From the NCBI GenBank assembly GCA_034521735.1, contig JAXHLX010000002.1, positions 57,130-121,129 on the forward strand: 64,000 bases of DNA. Reading direction: 5' to 3'. Shown here one piece after another: positions 37,249 to 48,200 of the stretch (position 1 is the stretch's first letter; every line of letters begins with the position of its first letter). The translations under genes were made by a program, and so were the position numbers. The notes beneath the pieces are model-generated. The model saw only the letters and a list, made by a program, of their open reading frames with translations, was not told the origin of the DNA and made no database searches. The stretch is from Bacteroidales bacterium (GTDB lineage: Bacteria > Bacteroidota > Bacteroidia > Bacteroidales > VadinHA17).

Positions 37249-38334
37249 ATGGCAGATAATGTGATCCTTGAAAAACTCAGGGGTGTGAAAGAAAGGTTTG
37301 AAGAGGTTGGCAGGCTTATTACGGAGCCTGATATTATTGCCGACATGAAAAGGTATGTCAGGCTGAATAAGGAGTATAAAGACCTGGAGCCGATAGTGGA
37401 GGCATATAATAAGTATGAAAATGTTATTTCCAATATAGACTCCGCAAAGTCAATGCTCGCTGACGAGAAGGATACTGAACTTAGGGAGATGGCCAAGGCT
37501 GAGCTGGAAGAGCTGAATGATAAACTGCCGGCAATGGAGGAAGAGATTAAGTTCCTTCTCCTTCCTGCCGATCCTGAAGATGACAAGAATGCAGTGGTGG
37601 AGATAAGGGCCGGCACCGGTGGTGATGAGGCCAGTATCTTTGCCGGCGACCTGTTCAGGATGTATTCCAAGTATTGTGATGAAAGAAACTGGAAGGTGGA
37701 TGTGAATACCATAACCGAGGGAACGGTGGGAGGCTATAAGGAAATAGTCTTTGCTGTCAGCGGCAAAGGTGTTTACGGGGTGATGAAATATGAATCAGGT
37801 GTGCACCGTGTGCAAAGAGTGCCGCAAACAGAAACGCAGGGGAGGGTTCATACATCGGCTGCAACGGTGGCCGTGCTGCCCGAAGCCGATGAGTTTGATG
37901 TGGAGGTAAAGCCGGAAGATATAAGAAAGGACACTTACTGTGCCTCGGGTCCGGGGGGCCAGTCCGTTAATACCACCTATTCTGCAATAAGGCTTACACA
38001 TGCGCCCACCGGCATTGTTGTTACCTGCCAGGATGAGAAGTCGCAGCTGAAGAACCTTGACAGGGCAATGAAGGAGCTGAGGACACGCCTGTATAACCTT
38101 GAGTACCAGAAATACCTCGATGAAATATCATCCAAAAGGAAGACCATGGTGTCTACCGGCGACCGCTCGGCAAAGATCAGGACATATAATTATCCGCAGG
38201 GGAGGGTGACGGATCACAGGATCAACCTTACCATGTATAACCTTGAATCGGTGATGAACGGAAATATACAGGAGATAATCGACAGGCTGCAGATGGCCGA
38301 AAATGCAGAGCGACTGGAAGAAAACAACCTTTAA
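37249..38334 (+). CDS. prfA: Peptide chain release factor 1
   Basis: [17 protein letters not shown] (PxT), [24 protein letters not shown]. Confidence 0.97.
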   Translation: MADNVILEKLRGVKERFEEVGRLITEPDIIADMKRYVRLNKEYKDLEPIVEAYNKYENVISNIDSAKSMLADEKDTELREMAKAELEELNDKLPAMEEEIKFLLLPADPEDDKNAVVEIRAGTGGDEASIFAGDLFRMYSKYCDERNWKVDVNTITEGTVGGYKEIVFAVSGKGVYGVMKYESGVHRVQRVPQTETQGRVHTSAATVAVLPEADEFDVEVKPEDIRKDTYCASGPGGQSVNTTYSAIRLTHAPTGIVVTCQDEKSQLKNLDRAMKELRTRLYNLEYQKYLDEISSKRKTMVSTGDRSAKIRTYNYPQGRVTDHRINLTMYNLESVMNGNIQEIIDRLQMAENAERLEENNL

Positions 38335-38345
38335 ACCTCTTATAT

Positions 38346-39173
38346 ATGACAGCTGATGATTTGTTTAAAAAGATACAGGCAAAAAAATCCTTTCTGTGTA
38401 TAGGCCTTGATTCTGACATTGATAAAATTCCTGCCTTCCTGCATGATGAGGAGGACCCGGTGTTTGAGTTTAACAGGGGCATTATTGAGGCTACACACAA
38501 ATATGCCGTGGCATACAAGCCCAATATGGCTTTTTATGAATCAAGAGGTGCCGGAGGATGGATAAGCCTTAAACGCACGGTTGACTATCTCAGGGATAAT
38601 CACCCCGGTATTTTTCTTATAGCCGATGCCAAAAGAGGGGATATAGGAAATACATCAAAGCTTTATGCCAGGGCTTTCTTTGAGAATATGGACTTTGATG
38701 CCGTAACGGTTGCTCCCTATATGGGTGAAGATTCAGTAAGCCCTTTCCTGGGATATAAGGACAAATGGGTTGTACTGCTGGCCCTCACATCAAATAAAGG
38801 CGCTGATGATTTCCAGTATCATCCCGATGCTGAAAATAGTTTATATAAGCTTGTTCTCAGTAAGTCGCAGTCGTGGGCAGACCATAATAATATGATGTAC
38901 GTGGTGGGTGCAACAAGAGCTGAGATGCTGTCTGAGATAAGGAAGACCGTTCCGGATCATTTCCTGCTGATCCCCGGCATAGGTGCACAGGGAGGAAGTC
39001 TCGATGAGGTTGTTGCCCATGGTATGAATGAGAGATGTGGTCTGCTGGTTAACTCCTCAAGGGGAATAATCTTTGCTGATAATACTGAAAAATATGCAGA
39101 GGCAGCAGCGGCTAAGGCGGCTGAACTGCAGGATCAAATGGAGGGACACCTGAAAGCTGCGAAACTGCTGTAA
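38346..39173 (+). CDS. pyrF: Orotidine-5'-phosphate decarboxylase
   Basis: [36 protein letters not shown] motifs. Confidence 0.96.
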   Translation: MTADDLFKKIQAKKSFLCIGLDSDIDKIPAFLHDEEDPVFEFNRGIIEATHKYAVAYKPNMAFYESRGAGGWISLKRTVDYLRDNHPGIFLIADAKRGDIGNTSKLYARAFFENMDFDAVTVAPYMGEDSVSPFLGYKDKWVVLLALTSNKGADDFQYHPDAENSLYKLVLSKSQSWADHNNMMYVVGATRAEMLSEIRKTVPDHFLLIPGIGAQGGSLDEVVAHGMNERCGLLVNSSRGIIFADNTEKYAEAAAAKAAELQDQMEGHLKAAKLL

Positions 39174-39181
39174 TCATCTTC

Positions 39182-39235
39182 CAGCCTCTACAGCCTCTAT
39201 AGCCTCACCAGCATTTATAGCCTCTATAGCCTCTC
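39182..39235 (+). repeat. Degenerate 9-bp tandem repeat, 6 units
   Basis: cagcctcta cagcctcta tagcctcac cagcattta tagcctcta tagcctctc. Confidence 0.85.
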
Positions 39236-39299
39236 CAAGTCTTTCCGCTTAATTAATTATTTTTTCCTATCTTTATTATCCGCTGTACAGGAAGATAAT

Positions 39300-40632
39300 A
39301 TGAGAGAGGAATTTCTTCATTTTATATGGAAGAACCGTTTATTCGGAACGGAACATCTCTATACCAGGGAAGGTCGTACCCTGGTGGTGATTGATCCCGG
39401 CGATTATAACAGAAATGCAGGTCCCGACTTTTTTAATTCACGCCTCAGGGTGGGTGAGACCATATGGGCCGGTAATGTGGAGGTTCATATTAATGCTTCA
39501 GACTGGTACAGTCACAGACATCACCTGGACCATGCCTATGATAATGTTATACTGCATGTGGTGGCTAATTATGATGCAGCGGTTGAATCAGCCGGAGGCA
39601 CGGTACCCGATACCTTTATTATAAGCTGGGAAGCACGGGTGGAAGAGAAATATAACGAGTATCTTAATAATCCGGATATAATAGCCTGCCGTAATGACCT
39701 TGATAAGATACCGGGTTTCACTCAGAGACACTGTATATCCAGGATGGCGGCGGAGCGCCTGGAGGTAAAGACCAGGAGGATCAAAGAGACACTGAATTCA
39801 ACTAATAATGACTGGGATGAAACGCTCTACCGCCTGCTTGCGAAATATTTTGGAATGAAGGTAAACGCCGGCCCCTTCTATCTGCTTTCACTTAACCTTC
39901 CCTTAAGGATTATAAGGAGGCATGCAGATAAGCGCCTGCAGGTGGAAGCCCTTATGTACGGGCAGGCAGGCATGCTGGAGCCGGGTGCTTTTGACAGGGA
40001 GATATATGATGAGTATTATTGCTCACTGCTTGCTGAGTACAGGCTGCTCAGGCAGAAGTACAGCTTAAAGCCGGCAGAGTCATGGATGTGGAAATTCCAC
40101 AGGCTGAGACCGCTTAATTTTCCCACCATAAGGATATCACAGCTTGCCGGAATTATGAGTACGGGCAGATCATTATTCGGAATGATGAAAAGTTGTGCCG
40201 GTACTGCTGAGCTCCGGGAGGTATTTACCTCAGCGGCTTCGGCCTACTGGAATGATCATTATATTTTTGGAAGCTATAAAAAAGGGAAAGAGAAAAGAAC
40301 GGGCAGCATGATGGTTAATATGCTGCTGATAAATACAATAATACCCATGTTGTATTATCTATGGCAGGGAGACAGGCAGGGATGAATATTGCAGCAGGGC
40401 CGTGGATATGCTTGATGGGATTCAGGCGGAGGATAACCGGGTAATAAGAGAGTGGTCAGAGGCAGGCATAAGACCCTGTTCTGCTCTCGAATCGCAGGGA
40501 TTGATACATATACGGGAGGCATACTGTAAAAACAGGCAATGTTTAAATTGCCCGTTTGGAAGTAAATTGATAAGTTTGGGTGGTAATATTGATCCCGGTA
40601 ATAACTATATGCTGGAAGATTCCGGTAAATAA
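39300..40632 (+). CDS. DUF2851 family protein (one +1 frameshift near 40355)
   Basis: MREEFLHFIW, GPDFFN, WAGNVEVH, YDNVILHVV, RLRPLNFPTIRISQLA. The C-terminal SQGLIH...YC...CLNCPFG lies in ORF 40402..40632. Confidence 0.9.
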
Positions 40633-40643
40633 CAACAATTAAG

Positions 40644-41180
40644 GTGCCTGAACTTTATCACAGACATAAGACAGCCTATATTGAAAATGCAAGGGCCCTT
40701 ATTACAACCCTGCCGGCGGATGCGGACAATCTTTTTGTTGTCCTTACTGCCCGGCAGATGAGGCCTGATATGCTTATAATCAGCCGGGCCTCTGATGATA
40801 ATTCAGACACAAAACTCAAACGGGCAGGGGCTAGCAATGTGATAATGCCGGATAAGATAGGAGGCACGCGTATGGCCCGGCTGGTGATAGACCCTGACGT
40901 AGTTGAATTCATTGATACGGTACTGCTGCAACCCTCCGGTGTCAGGATAGAAGAACTTTCATGTAAAGGCCTGGCAGCCTGTTTCGCCGAGAAATCGATC
41001 AAAGACCTGGATATACATAATAAGACAGGAGCCAATATTATAGGACTCAGGGATAAGAACAAGGAGTATACCGTAAACCCGTCGGCAGACACCAGGCTGT
41101 CACCTGACGATCAGCTGTTTGTACTGGGGACCGATGAAGAACTGGAGAGCCTGAGAGAATTAATGAAAAAAGGAGTCTAA
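40644..41180 (+). pseudogene. Potassium channel (TrkA/RCK) gene with an apparent in-frame internal deletion of the transmembrane pore
   Basis: 13 N-terminal residues (MPELYHRHKTAYI) join directly to ENARALITTLPADADNLFVVLTAR...KLKRAGASNVIMP (end of TrkA_N) and a TrkA_C domain. No TM helices or selectivity filter. Confidence 0.7.
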
Positions 41181-41339
41181 GCGGATTTTGAAGTAAAAAC
41201 CCGGAAGGGTGCATCCTTTTCTTTATTTCTCTAGTCAAAAAAAATCATACATAAGTCAAAAAAAAATAATGCATACTTGTTCATTTGTTTATTTGTTTAT
41301 ATTTATGGGGTAATATTCAGGTAATTAATCTCTCGGCAT

Positions 41340-43802
41340 ATGGGACAAAACCCACATCAATCTTCTGCTTTTCAACAGGCGGGAAAAGCAGACCTGAATA
41401 AATCAATCCTGGAATCAACAGCCGACGGAATCCTGATTGTTGACAAGAAAGGCAAAGTAATTGCTACAAGCAGCAGGTTTGCCAAACACTGGAAAATCCC
41501 GGCTGAGTTACTCGAAAAGGGAAACGATAAGGAACTGCTTTCCTATATACTCGATCAATTAGTTAATCCCGGTGAATTCCTGCAAAAAGTAAAGGAGCTA
41601 TACAAAAGTGCAGAAGCAAAAAGTTTTGATATTCTGCATTTTAAGGACGGCCGAATTTTTGAACGGTATACACGCCCCCTGATCTTAAATGGGAAAACAG
41701 AGGGAAGGGTATGGAGTTTTCGCGATGTAACCGAACAAAAAACAGCAGAACAAGAACTCCGGTATACGCAGCGCAAGCTCGAAATACAAAATCAAATAAC
41801 AGAATCGTTTATCAGGAAGGAGTTTGATGAAGCATTTTACGAAGTATTAAAGAATCTGCAAAAAGTTTTTAAAAGCAGCTTTGGTTTTTTTGGTTATATA
41901 AATCAGGATGGCGACCTGGTTAGTCCTTCACTCACCAGAGAAATCTGGGAAAAGTGTCAGGTGGAGGACAAAAGTATTGTATTTCCAAAATCTTCATGGA
42001 CAGGTTTATGGGGTGACAGTCTGATTCAAAGAAAGAACCTGCTTAAAAACGAAAATCTTATCGTCCCGGAAGGCCATATACAATTGGAAAACGCAATGGC
42101 TGCTGTTATAATTTTCAAAGATGAGTTGATCGGGCAGATTGTACTGGGAAATAAAGAGGGTGGATGCTCAGAGTCTGATCTAAATGAACTGACAGAAATT
42201 TGCAATTACATTGCACCCTTGCTTAACGCAGAAAGGAATGAGGATTTTTACAAAGCCGAACTTATTGCAGCAAAAATAAAAGCTGAAGAGAGCGAAGAAA
42301 AATTCAGGGTTGCTTTTTATACCAGTCCCGATTCAGTTAACATAAATAAAATGAATGGGGAATATGTTGAAATCAACCAGGGTTTTACCCGTATAATGGG
42401 ATATACCAAGGAAGATGTATTGGGCAAACTTTCGACAAACCTGGAAATCTGGGCCATACCGGAACACCGGAAAGAATTAGTTTCGCGCTTAAAACAGGAT
42501 GGCATTGTAGAAAACCTCGAATCGGTTTTTCGCGCTAAAGACGGTAAACTTATCCCTGCCCTTATGTCGGCTCGAATTATAACTTTAGATGGCGAACCCC
42601 ATATTCTGTCTGTAACAAGACAAATTGCAGAAAGAAAGAAGATGGAAGAAGACCTGAAGAAGGCACTGAAAGAAGCGCAGGAAGCAGACCGTCTCAAATC
42701 GGCTTTCCTGGCAAATGTGAGTCACGAAATCCGCACCCCCATGAACGGCATCATGGGATTCACCAACTTACTTAAGGAGCCAGGGCTTTCGGGTGATGAA
42801 CAAAAAGAGTATATCGACATTATTCAGGAAAGCGGGGAGCGGATGCTTACCACGGTAAACGACTTAATCGATATTTCGCGGATAGATACAGGGCAGGTGA
42901 CGCTGCAAAGAAAGAATGTCAACCTGAACGAAGAAATAGAATCACTATATAAGTTTTTCGGGACTGAAGCCAGCAAAAAAGGACTGCGGCTTTTACTGAA
43001 GAATGATTTAACTAAAGATAATTGCATCATACAAACCGATCCGCAAAAATTCAGTTCAATCATTACCCACATCGTTAAAAATGCCATTAAATTCACAGCT
43101 GAAGGTTTTGTTGAAATCGGCTGCAGGATGAATGACGGAGAATTTTATTTTTATGTAAAAGATTCGGGCATCGGTATTCCACCCGAAAGACACAAAGCGG
43201 TATTCGACCGTTTTGTGCAGGCCGATACATCCTACTCGCGTGACTTTGAAGGATCTGGCCTTGGCTTGTCGATTACAAAAGCCTATGTGGAAATGCTGGG
43301 GGGTGAAATAGGTCTTGAATCGGAAGTGGGTGTTGGTACAACATTTTACTTCACCTTGCCTGCAGAAGGAGCAACTCAGGTTGAGAAAGAGCAAATATCT
43401 GAGATGCCCGGTAAGAAACCACACACAACAAATAGAAAGCTTAAAATTTTGGTTGCTGAAGATGATGAAACAAGCTATTTACACTTATCAATTATTTTAA
43501 AAAATATTGCCGGCACTTTACTGCATGCCAGCACCGGAACAAAAGCTGTTGAGATGGCGCAGTCAAATCCTGATATCGATCTCATCCTGATGGACATTAA
43601 ACTTCCCGGGATGGATGGTTTTGAAGCAAGCCGTAAGATCAGGGAGTTTAACAAAAATGTGGTCATTATTGCACAAACGGCCTACGCCTTCCATGGCGAC
43701 CGCGAAAAGACCCTGGAATCCGGCTGCACCGATTACATTGCCAAACCCTTGAACAAAGAAGATTTACTGGCATTGACAAATAAATACTTAATGGAGAAAT
43801 AA
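41340..43802 (+). CDS. Cytoplasmic hybrid histidine kinase PAS-GAF-PAS-HisKA-HATPase-REC
   Basis: ILESTADGILIVD...GRVWSFRDVTE (PAS), GAF with PEGH, FLANVSHEIRTPMNG, DSGIGI, GSGLGL, REC motifs VAEDD/LMDIKLP/IAKP. Confidence 0.93.
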   Translation: MGQNPHQSSAFQQAGKADLNKSILESTADGILIVDKKGKVIATSSRFAKHWKIPAELLEKGNDKELLSYILDQLVNPGEFLQKVKELYKSAEAKSFDILHFKDGRIFERYTRPLILNGKTEGRVWSFRDVTEQKTAEQELRYTQRKLEIQNQITESFIRKEFDEAFYEVLKNLQKVFKSSFGFFGYINQDGDLVSPSLTREIWEKCQVEDKSIVFPKSSWTGLWGDSLIQRKNLLKNENLIVPEGHIQLENAMAAVIIFKDELIGQIVLGNKEGGCSESDLNELTEICNYIAPLLNAERNEDFYKAELIAAKIKAEESEEKFRVAFYTSPDSVNINKMNGEYVEINQGFTRIMGYTKEDVLGKLSTNLEIWAIPEHRKELVSRLKQDGIVENLESVFRAKDGKLIPALMSARIITLDGEPHILSVTRQIAERKKMEEDLKKALKEAQEADRLKSAFLANVSHEIRTPMNGIMGFTNLLKEPGLSGDEQKEYIDIIQESGERMLTTVNDLIDISRIDTGQVTLQRKNVNLNEEIESLYKFFGTEASKKGLRLLLKNDLTKDNCIIQTDPQKFSSIITHIVKNAIKFTAEGFVEIGCRMNDGEFYFYVKDSGIGIPPERHKAVFDRFVQADTSYSRDFEGSGLGLSITKAYVEMLGGEIGLESEVGVGTTFYFTLPAEGATQVEKEQISEMPGKKPHTTNRKLKILVAEDDETSYLHLSIILKNIAGTLLHASTGTKAVEMAQSNPDIDLILMDIKLPGMDGFEASRKIREFNKNVVIIAQTAYAFHGDREKTLESGCTDYIAKPLNKEDLLALTNKYLMEK

Positions 43803-46800
43803 TGCAAGAAAGGACCATTAAAGAACGCAAGATAGAACCAACTGCCTCCCTTAAGACAAAACAGGTTAAATTTTCTAAGAACAAGATCAGTACCACTGCT
43901 TGGGTGCACTATTTGCTGATGGCCTTGTTGCTTGTTATATTTTCCATTTCTATTGTTAGTATTTTATGGGAGAATCTTTTATGGCGTCATTTTGAAATTG
44001 TCCATTACCCAATTCATTCAACTATGGAGGCACTGGGAGCAATTGCTGCCATACTGGTTGCATTTATGCCCTTGCAGGTGTTATTTGGAAAAGACAGGCC
44101 CTCGTTTGTATTTATCTCGGCCGGTTTTCTGGCAATGGGGCTTTTGGATTTATCTCATTCCATATACGAAATAGGTCAGGGATTTGTTTTTACCCATGCT
44201 ATCGCTTTGCTGGCAGGCGGTTTCTTTTTTGCCCTGTTTGTTTTTCCATGGAAAATAGATGCAGACAAAGTCAAACCCAGGCTGCTGCTTTTCGCAGGTA
44301 CCAGCACGATTTTGCTGATTGTTCTTGTCTCACTGAACCGGGAGTTGTTTCCCAGGATGTTGAACGAAGGAGTGTTTACCCCGGCGGCCAACAGCATCAA
44401 TGTATTGGCAGCCCTACTCTTTCTAATAAGTGCCGTTAAATTAGTTGTTATTTACATTGAGGAGAAAAAACTGGGCGTACTTGTTCTAATATTTACTGCT
44501 CTTTCTTCTGCCATTGTAGGCTTTACCTTTCAATTTTCTGAGGCCTGGATCGACACCTGGTGGCTATGGCACATCATTCGTTTAATTGCATTTCTGGCTT
44601 TGCTGGTTTACACATTCTCGCAAATTCAAACAATCAGTAAAGAAAGAGATGAAGCGCTCCGGAACATAAAAGAAAACAATGATTTGTTAAGAGAAAGTGA
44701 AGAGCGATTCAGGCTCGTAAACGAAGCAACCAGCCATGGATTGTGGGACTGGGATGTTATTAATAACGAGGTCTATTTTTCACCCGTATGGAAGATGCAG
44801 GTGGGGTACCGCGACGATGAACTGGAAAACATTTTCGATAACTGGGCTAAACTTCTTCATCCTGAAGACGCGGAGCGCAGCTTTAAAGCAGTGGCCGATT
44901 ACCAGGAAAATCCCGATGAAAAATTCATCATCGAATTCCGGTTCAGGCATAAATCAGGTCATTATGTCTGGATTCACAATGAAGCTGCATCGGTGAAGAA
45001 TGAGCAGGGAAAGGTAATACGTATGTTTGGCGCCCATACCGATATTTCAGCCCAAAAAATTGCCGAGCAAAAGTTGCAGGACAGGGAGAAACAGTTCCGC
45101 ATAATTTTTGAAGATTCGCCACTGGGTAAATCGCGCACAGGACTGGATGGATCACTTAATATCAATAAGGCCTTTTCCGAAATAACAGGATATGAACTAC
45201 AAGAATTACAGCAAAAAAACTGGAAGGAAATAACACATCCCGATGATGTAAAAATAAGTGAAGAGGTAATACAGTCATTGATCTCCGGGGAAAAGAAAAG
45301 TGTCTTGTTTGAAAAGCGTTACATCCATAAAGCCGGGCATTATGTCTGGACCGAGGTGAGTACATCATTGCACCGCAATGAAGACGGCGAACCTCAGTTT
45401 TTTATTACTGCAATCAGCGATATAACCCAACGCAAGGAAGCAGAGGAATACATCAGGCAGAGTGAGAAAAAATTTAAAGGGCTGTTTGAGAACGATCCGA
45501 GCGCAGTTTTCATTGCTGATCCGGAAACCGGTTTGTTACATGATGTTAATCCTGCCGCTGAACGGTTGATGGAAATGAGTCGCGACGAAATGATTGGGAT
45601 GCACCAATCGAAACTGCATCCGGAAGAAATAATGCTGGAGCAACAAGAGAGATTCAAGAACTTGCTAAACCAGCCAAATATTTCACTGGATTCCGAAATA
45701 CTTACCAGGGCGGGCAAACGGAAACCGGTGGAGATTAAAGTTTCGATGGTTGAAATTGAAAACAAGCCCTATATTCTGGGCATTTTTCATGATATATCGA
45801 AACTGGCAGAACAGCATCAAAAAATCCGGGAGAGTGAAGAAAAATTCCGCAACCTTTTTAATTCAGTTTCCATTCCACTTTGTCATGTAGAGGAAGACGG
45901 CAAAATCGAATCCATGAACGATCGTTTTAAAAAGGATCTGGGCTGGACACTCGAAGATATCCCTACAATCAGTCATTGGTGGGAGAAGGCTTACCCGGAT
46001 AAAAAATATCGCGAATGGGCAATAAAAAACTGGAATGAGGCAGTTCAGTTTTCCATTGAAAACGGCACTGACATTAAATCGGATGTTTATCATGTTACCT
46101 GCAAAAATGGCGATGTACGACAAATAATTATTGCAGGTATTACATTCGGAAAAAAACTTCTTGCCACTTTTATCGATGTTACGGAACAACGAAAAGCAGA
46201 AGAGGTCATTATACAGGAGAAGGAGTATAGCGAAATGGTTATCAATGCACTCCCCGGAATATTCTACCTGTTTAACGAGCAGGGGAAATATCTTAAATGG
46301 AATAATATGCTGGAGGAACTATCCGGCTTCACGGCGGAAGAAATTGCCGAAAAATCACCCCTGGATTATTTTGCTGATTACCATAAAGAAAAAGTTACCA
46401 GAGCCGTTGAAACTACTTTTAAAGAAGGGAAAATTAGCGTTGAGGCAGATTTTATGTTAAAAGGTGAAATCCCCACACCTTTCTACTTTACCGGTCATAC
46501 TATTGAGCTGGAAGGAAAACCACATCTATTGGGGGTTGGTCTGGATATTTCGCAGCGTAAAAAAGCTGAAAGGGAAAAAGATCAAGTTCTTAATGAGCTC
46601 AATAAAAGGATGAAGGAACTCACCTGCCTTTATGAAGTAAATGAGTCTATCAAAAATACCCGGGAGGATGTACCGGGGGTCATGAAAAAGATTATCCGCT
46701 TTATTCCCAAAGGCTGGCATTACCCTGAAAAAACAGTAGCAGAGATTATGCTCGATGACACTAACTATCAAAGAAAGGGGTCAGGGGAGAGCGAATATTA

Positions 46801-48166
46801 TCTGCTGGAAAATATTATGGTAAACGACAAGGAAAGGGGCTATATTAAGGTAAGTATTGTCGATGCTGACAGCCAGCAGTCAAAAATGCCTTTTCTTGAA
46901 GAAGAAAAGGAACTTCTGAAAACAATTGCCGGTAATGTATCCATTTATGTCAACCGTGTTGAAACTGAAAAGGCAATACTGGAAAGCGAAGAGAAATTCC
47001 GGAATGTATTTTCAGGCTCCCCTGTTTCATTGTGGGAAGAAGACTGGACAGAAATCATGGAAATGATTTATAAGCTGAAAAAGAAAGGGGTAAAAGACTA
47101 TAAGAAATACTTCAGTGAAAACAGGCAATTTGTAAATAAAGCACTTACAAAAGTAGTGGTTAACGATGTAAACAAGGCCACATTGGAAATGTTTGAGGCG
47201 GAAAGCAAGGATGACCTTGTGAAATCGCTTGAAGTTGTTTTTGCCACCGAAGATACCCTGCCCGTATTTATTAACGAATTGGTTGCTCTGGCCGAAGGGA
47301 AAAGGGTGTACGAAGCAGAGATGAAACTCAACACAGTCAAAGGTAATATGATAAATGCTATGTTGCGGATGGCCTTCCCGGCACAGGAGCGGCAGCACGG
47401 ACAGGTGCTTGTAAGTATTATGGATATTACCGAATTGCAAAGGGCCCAGGAGCAACTAAAAGTTTCGATGGAAAACCTCCAGCGCTCGAACAAAGAGCTG
47501 GAACAGTTTGCTTATGTTGCCTCGCATGATTTACAGGAGCCTCTGCGCATGGTGGCAAGCTATACCCAGTTGCTGGAGCGCCGCTACAAAGATCAACTGG
47601 ACGAGCGCGCCAATAAATATATTTATTATGCAGTAGACGGCGCCAAACGTATGCAAAACCTGATAAACGACCTGCTTGACGTTTCACGTATATCCACCCG
47701 TGGTGATAAATTCACCATAACCGATACCAACGAGGTAGTAAAAAATGCCCTGAAAAGCCTTGAGGCACGGATAGATGAAACCGGCGCCCGGATTAAAACA
47801 GGCAAATTACCGCTTATTAATGCCGATTCCGGCCAGATTGAGCGCTTATTCATGAACCTTGTCGGCAATGCCTTAAAGTTCAGTAAGCCGGATGAGAAAC
47901 CGTTTATCGAAATTGATGCCAGCGAGCAAAAAAATAACTGGCTGTTCAGGGTAAAAGATAACGGTATTGGTATTGATGAAAAATTCAAAGAAAAAGTATT
48001 CGTCATTTTTCAGCGCCTGCACGGCACCACTCATTACAAGGGTACGGGCATAGGGCTGGCCATCTGTAAAAGGATTGTTCAACGCCACGAAGGCGAAATA
48101 TGGTTTGAATCTGAGGAGAATAAAGGAACAACTTTCTATTTTACATTAAAAAAACATACATTGTGA
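43802..48166 (+). CDS. Membrane-anchored (MASE3-like, about 7 TM) multi-PAS histidine kinase with a Cph1-type HisKA
   Basis: N-terminal TM bundle (HSTMEALG, GFLAMGLLDLSH, WWLWHIIR), about six PAS/PAC repeats, ELEQFAYVASHDLQEPLRMV, DNGIGI, FQRLH, GTGIGLAIC. Confidence 0.92.
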   Translation: MQERTIKERKIEPTASLKTKQVKFSKNKISTTAWVHYLLMALLLVIFSISIVSILWENLLWRHFEIVHYPIHSTMEALGAIAAILVAFMPLQVLFGKDRPSFVFISAGFLAMGLLDLSHSIYEIGQGFVFTHAIALLAGGFFFALFVFPWKIDADKVKPRLLLFAGTSTILLIVLVSLNRELFPRMLNEGVFTPAANSINVLAALLFLISAVKLVVIYIEEKKLGVLVLIFTALSSAIVGFTFQFSEAWIDTWWLWHIIRLIAFLALLVYTFSQIQTISKERDEALRNIKENNDLLRESEERFRLVNEATSHGLWDWDVINNEVYFSPVWKMQVGYRDDELENIFDNWAKLLHPEDAERSFKAVADYQENPDEKFIIEFRFRHKSGHYVWIHNEAASVKNEQGKVIRMFGAHTDISAQKIAEQKLQDREKQFRIIFEDSPLGKSRTGLDGSLNINKAFSEITGYELQELQQKNWKEITHPDDVKISEEVIQSLISGEKKSVLFEKRYIHKAGHYVWTEVSTSLHRNEDGEPQFFITAISDITQRKEAEEYIRQSEKKFKGLFENDPSAVFIADPETGLLHDVNPAAERLMEMSRDEMIGMHQSKLHPEEIMLEQQERFKNLLNQPNISLDSEILTRAGKRKPVEIKVSMVEIENKPYILGIFHDISKLAEQHQKIRESEEKFRNLFNSVSIPLCHVEEDGKIESMNDRFKKDLGWTLEDIPTISHWWEKAYPDKKYREWAIKNWNEAVQFSIENGTDIKSDVYHVTCKNGDVRQIIIAGITFGKKLLATFIDVTEQRKAEEVIIQEKEYSEMVINALPGIFYLFNEQGKYLKWNNMLEELSGFTAEEIAEKSPLDYFADYHKEKVTRAVETTFKEGKISVEADFMLKGEIPTPFYFTGHTIELEGKPHLLGVGLDISQRKKAEREKDQVLNELNKRMKELTCLYEVNESIKNTREDVPGVMKKIIRFIPKGWHYPEKTVAEIMLDDTNYQRKGSGESEYYLLENIMVNDKERGYIKVSIVDADSQQSKMPFLEEEKELLKTIAGNVSIYVNRVETEKAILESEEKFRNVFSGSPVSLWEEDWTEIMEMIYKLKKKGVKDYKKYFSENRQFVNKALTKVVVNDVNKATLEMFEAESKDDLVKSLEVVFATEDTLPVFINELVALAEGKRVYEAEMKLNTVKGNMINAMLRMAFPAQERQHGQVLVSIMDITELQRAQEQLKVSMENLQRSNKELEQFAYVASHDLQEPLRMVASYTQLLERRYKDQLDERANKYIYYAVDGAKRMQNLINDLLDVSRISTRGDKFTITDTNEVVKNALKSLEARIDETGARIKTGKLPLINADSGQIERLFMNLVGNALKFSKPDEKPFIEIDASEQKNNWLFRVKDNGIGIDEKFKEKVFVIFQRLHGTTHYKGTGIGLAICKRIVQRHEGEIWFESEENKGTTFYFTLKKHTL

Positions 48167-48200
48167 GGCCTCAAAAATAAAACAACCAATAGTAGAAATT

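Noticed and set aside
39182-39235. Tandem repeat as a CRISPR array
   Set aside because: 9-bp units with no unique spacers and no cas genes.
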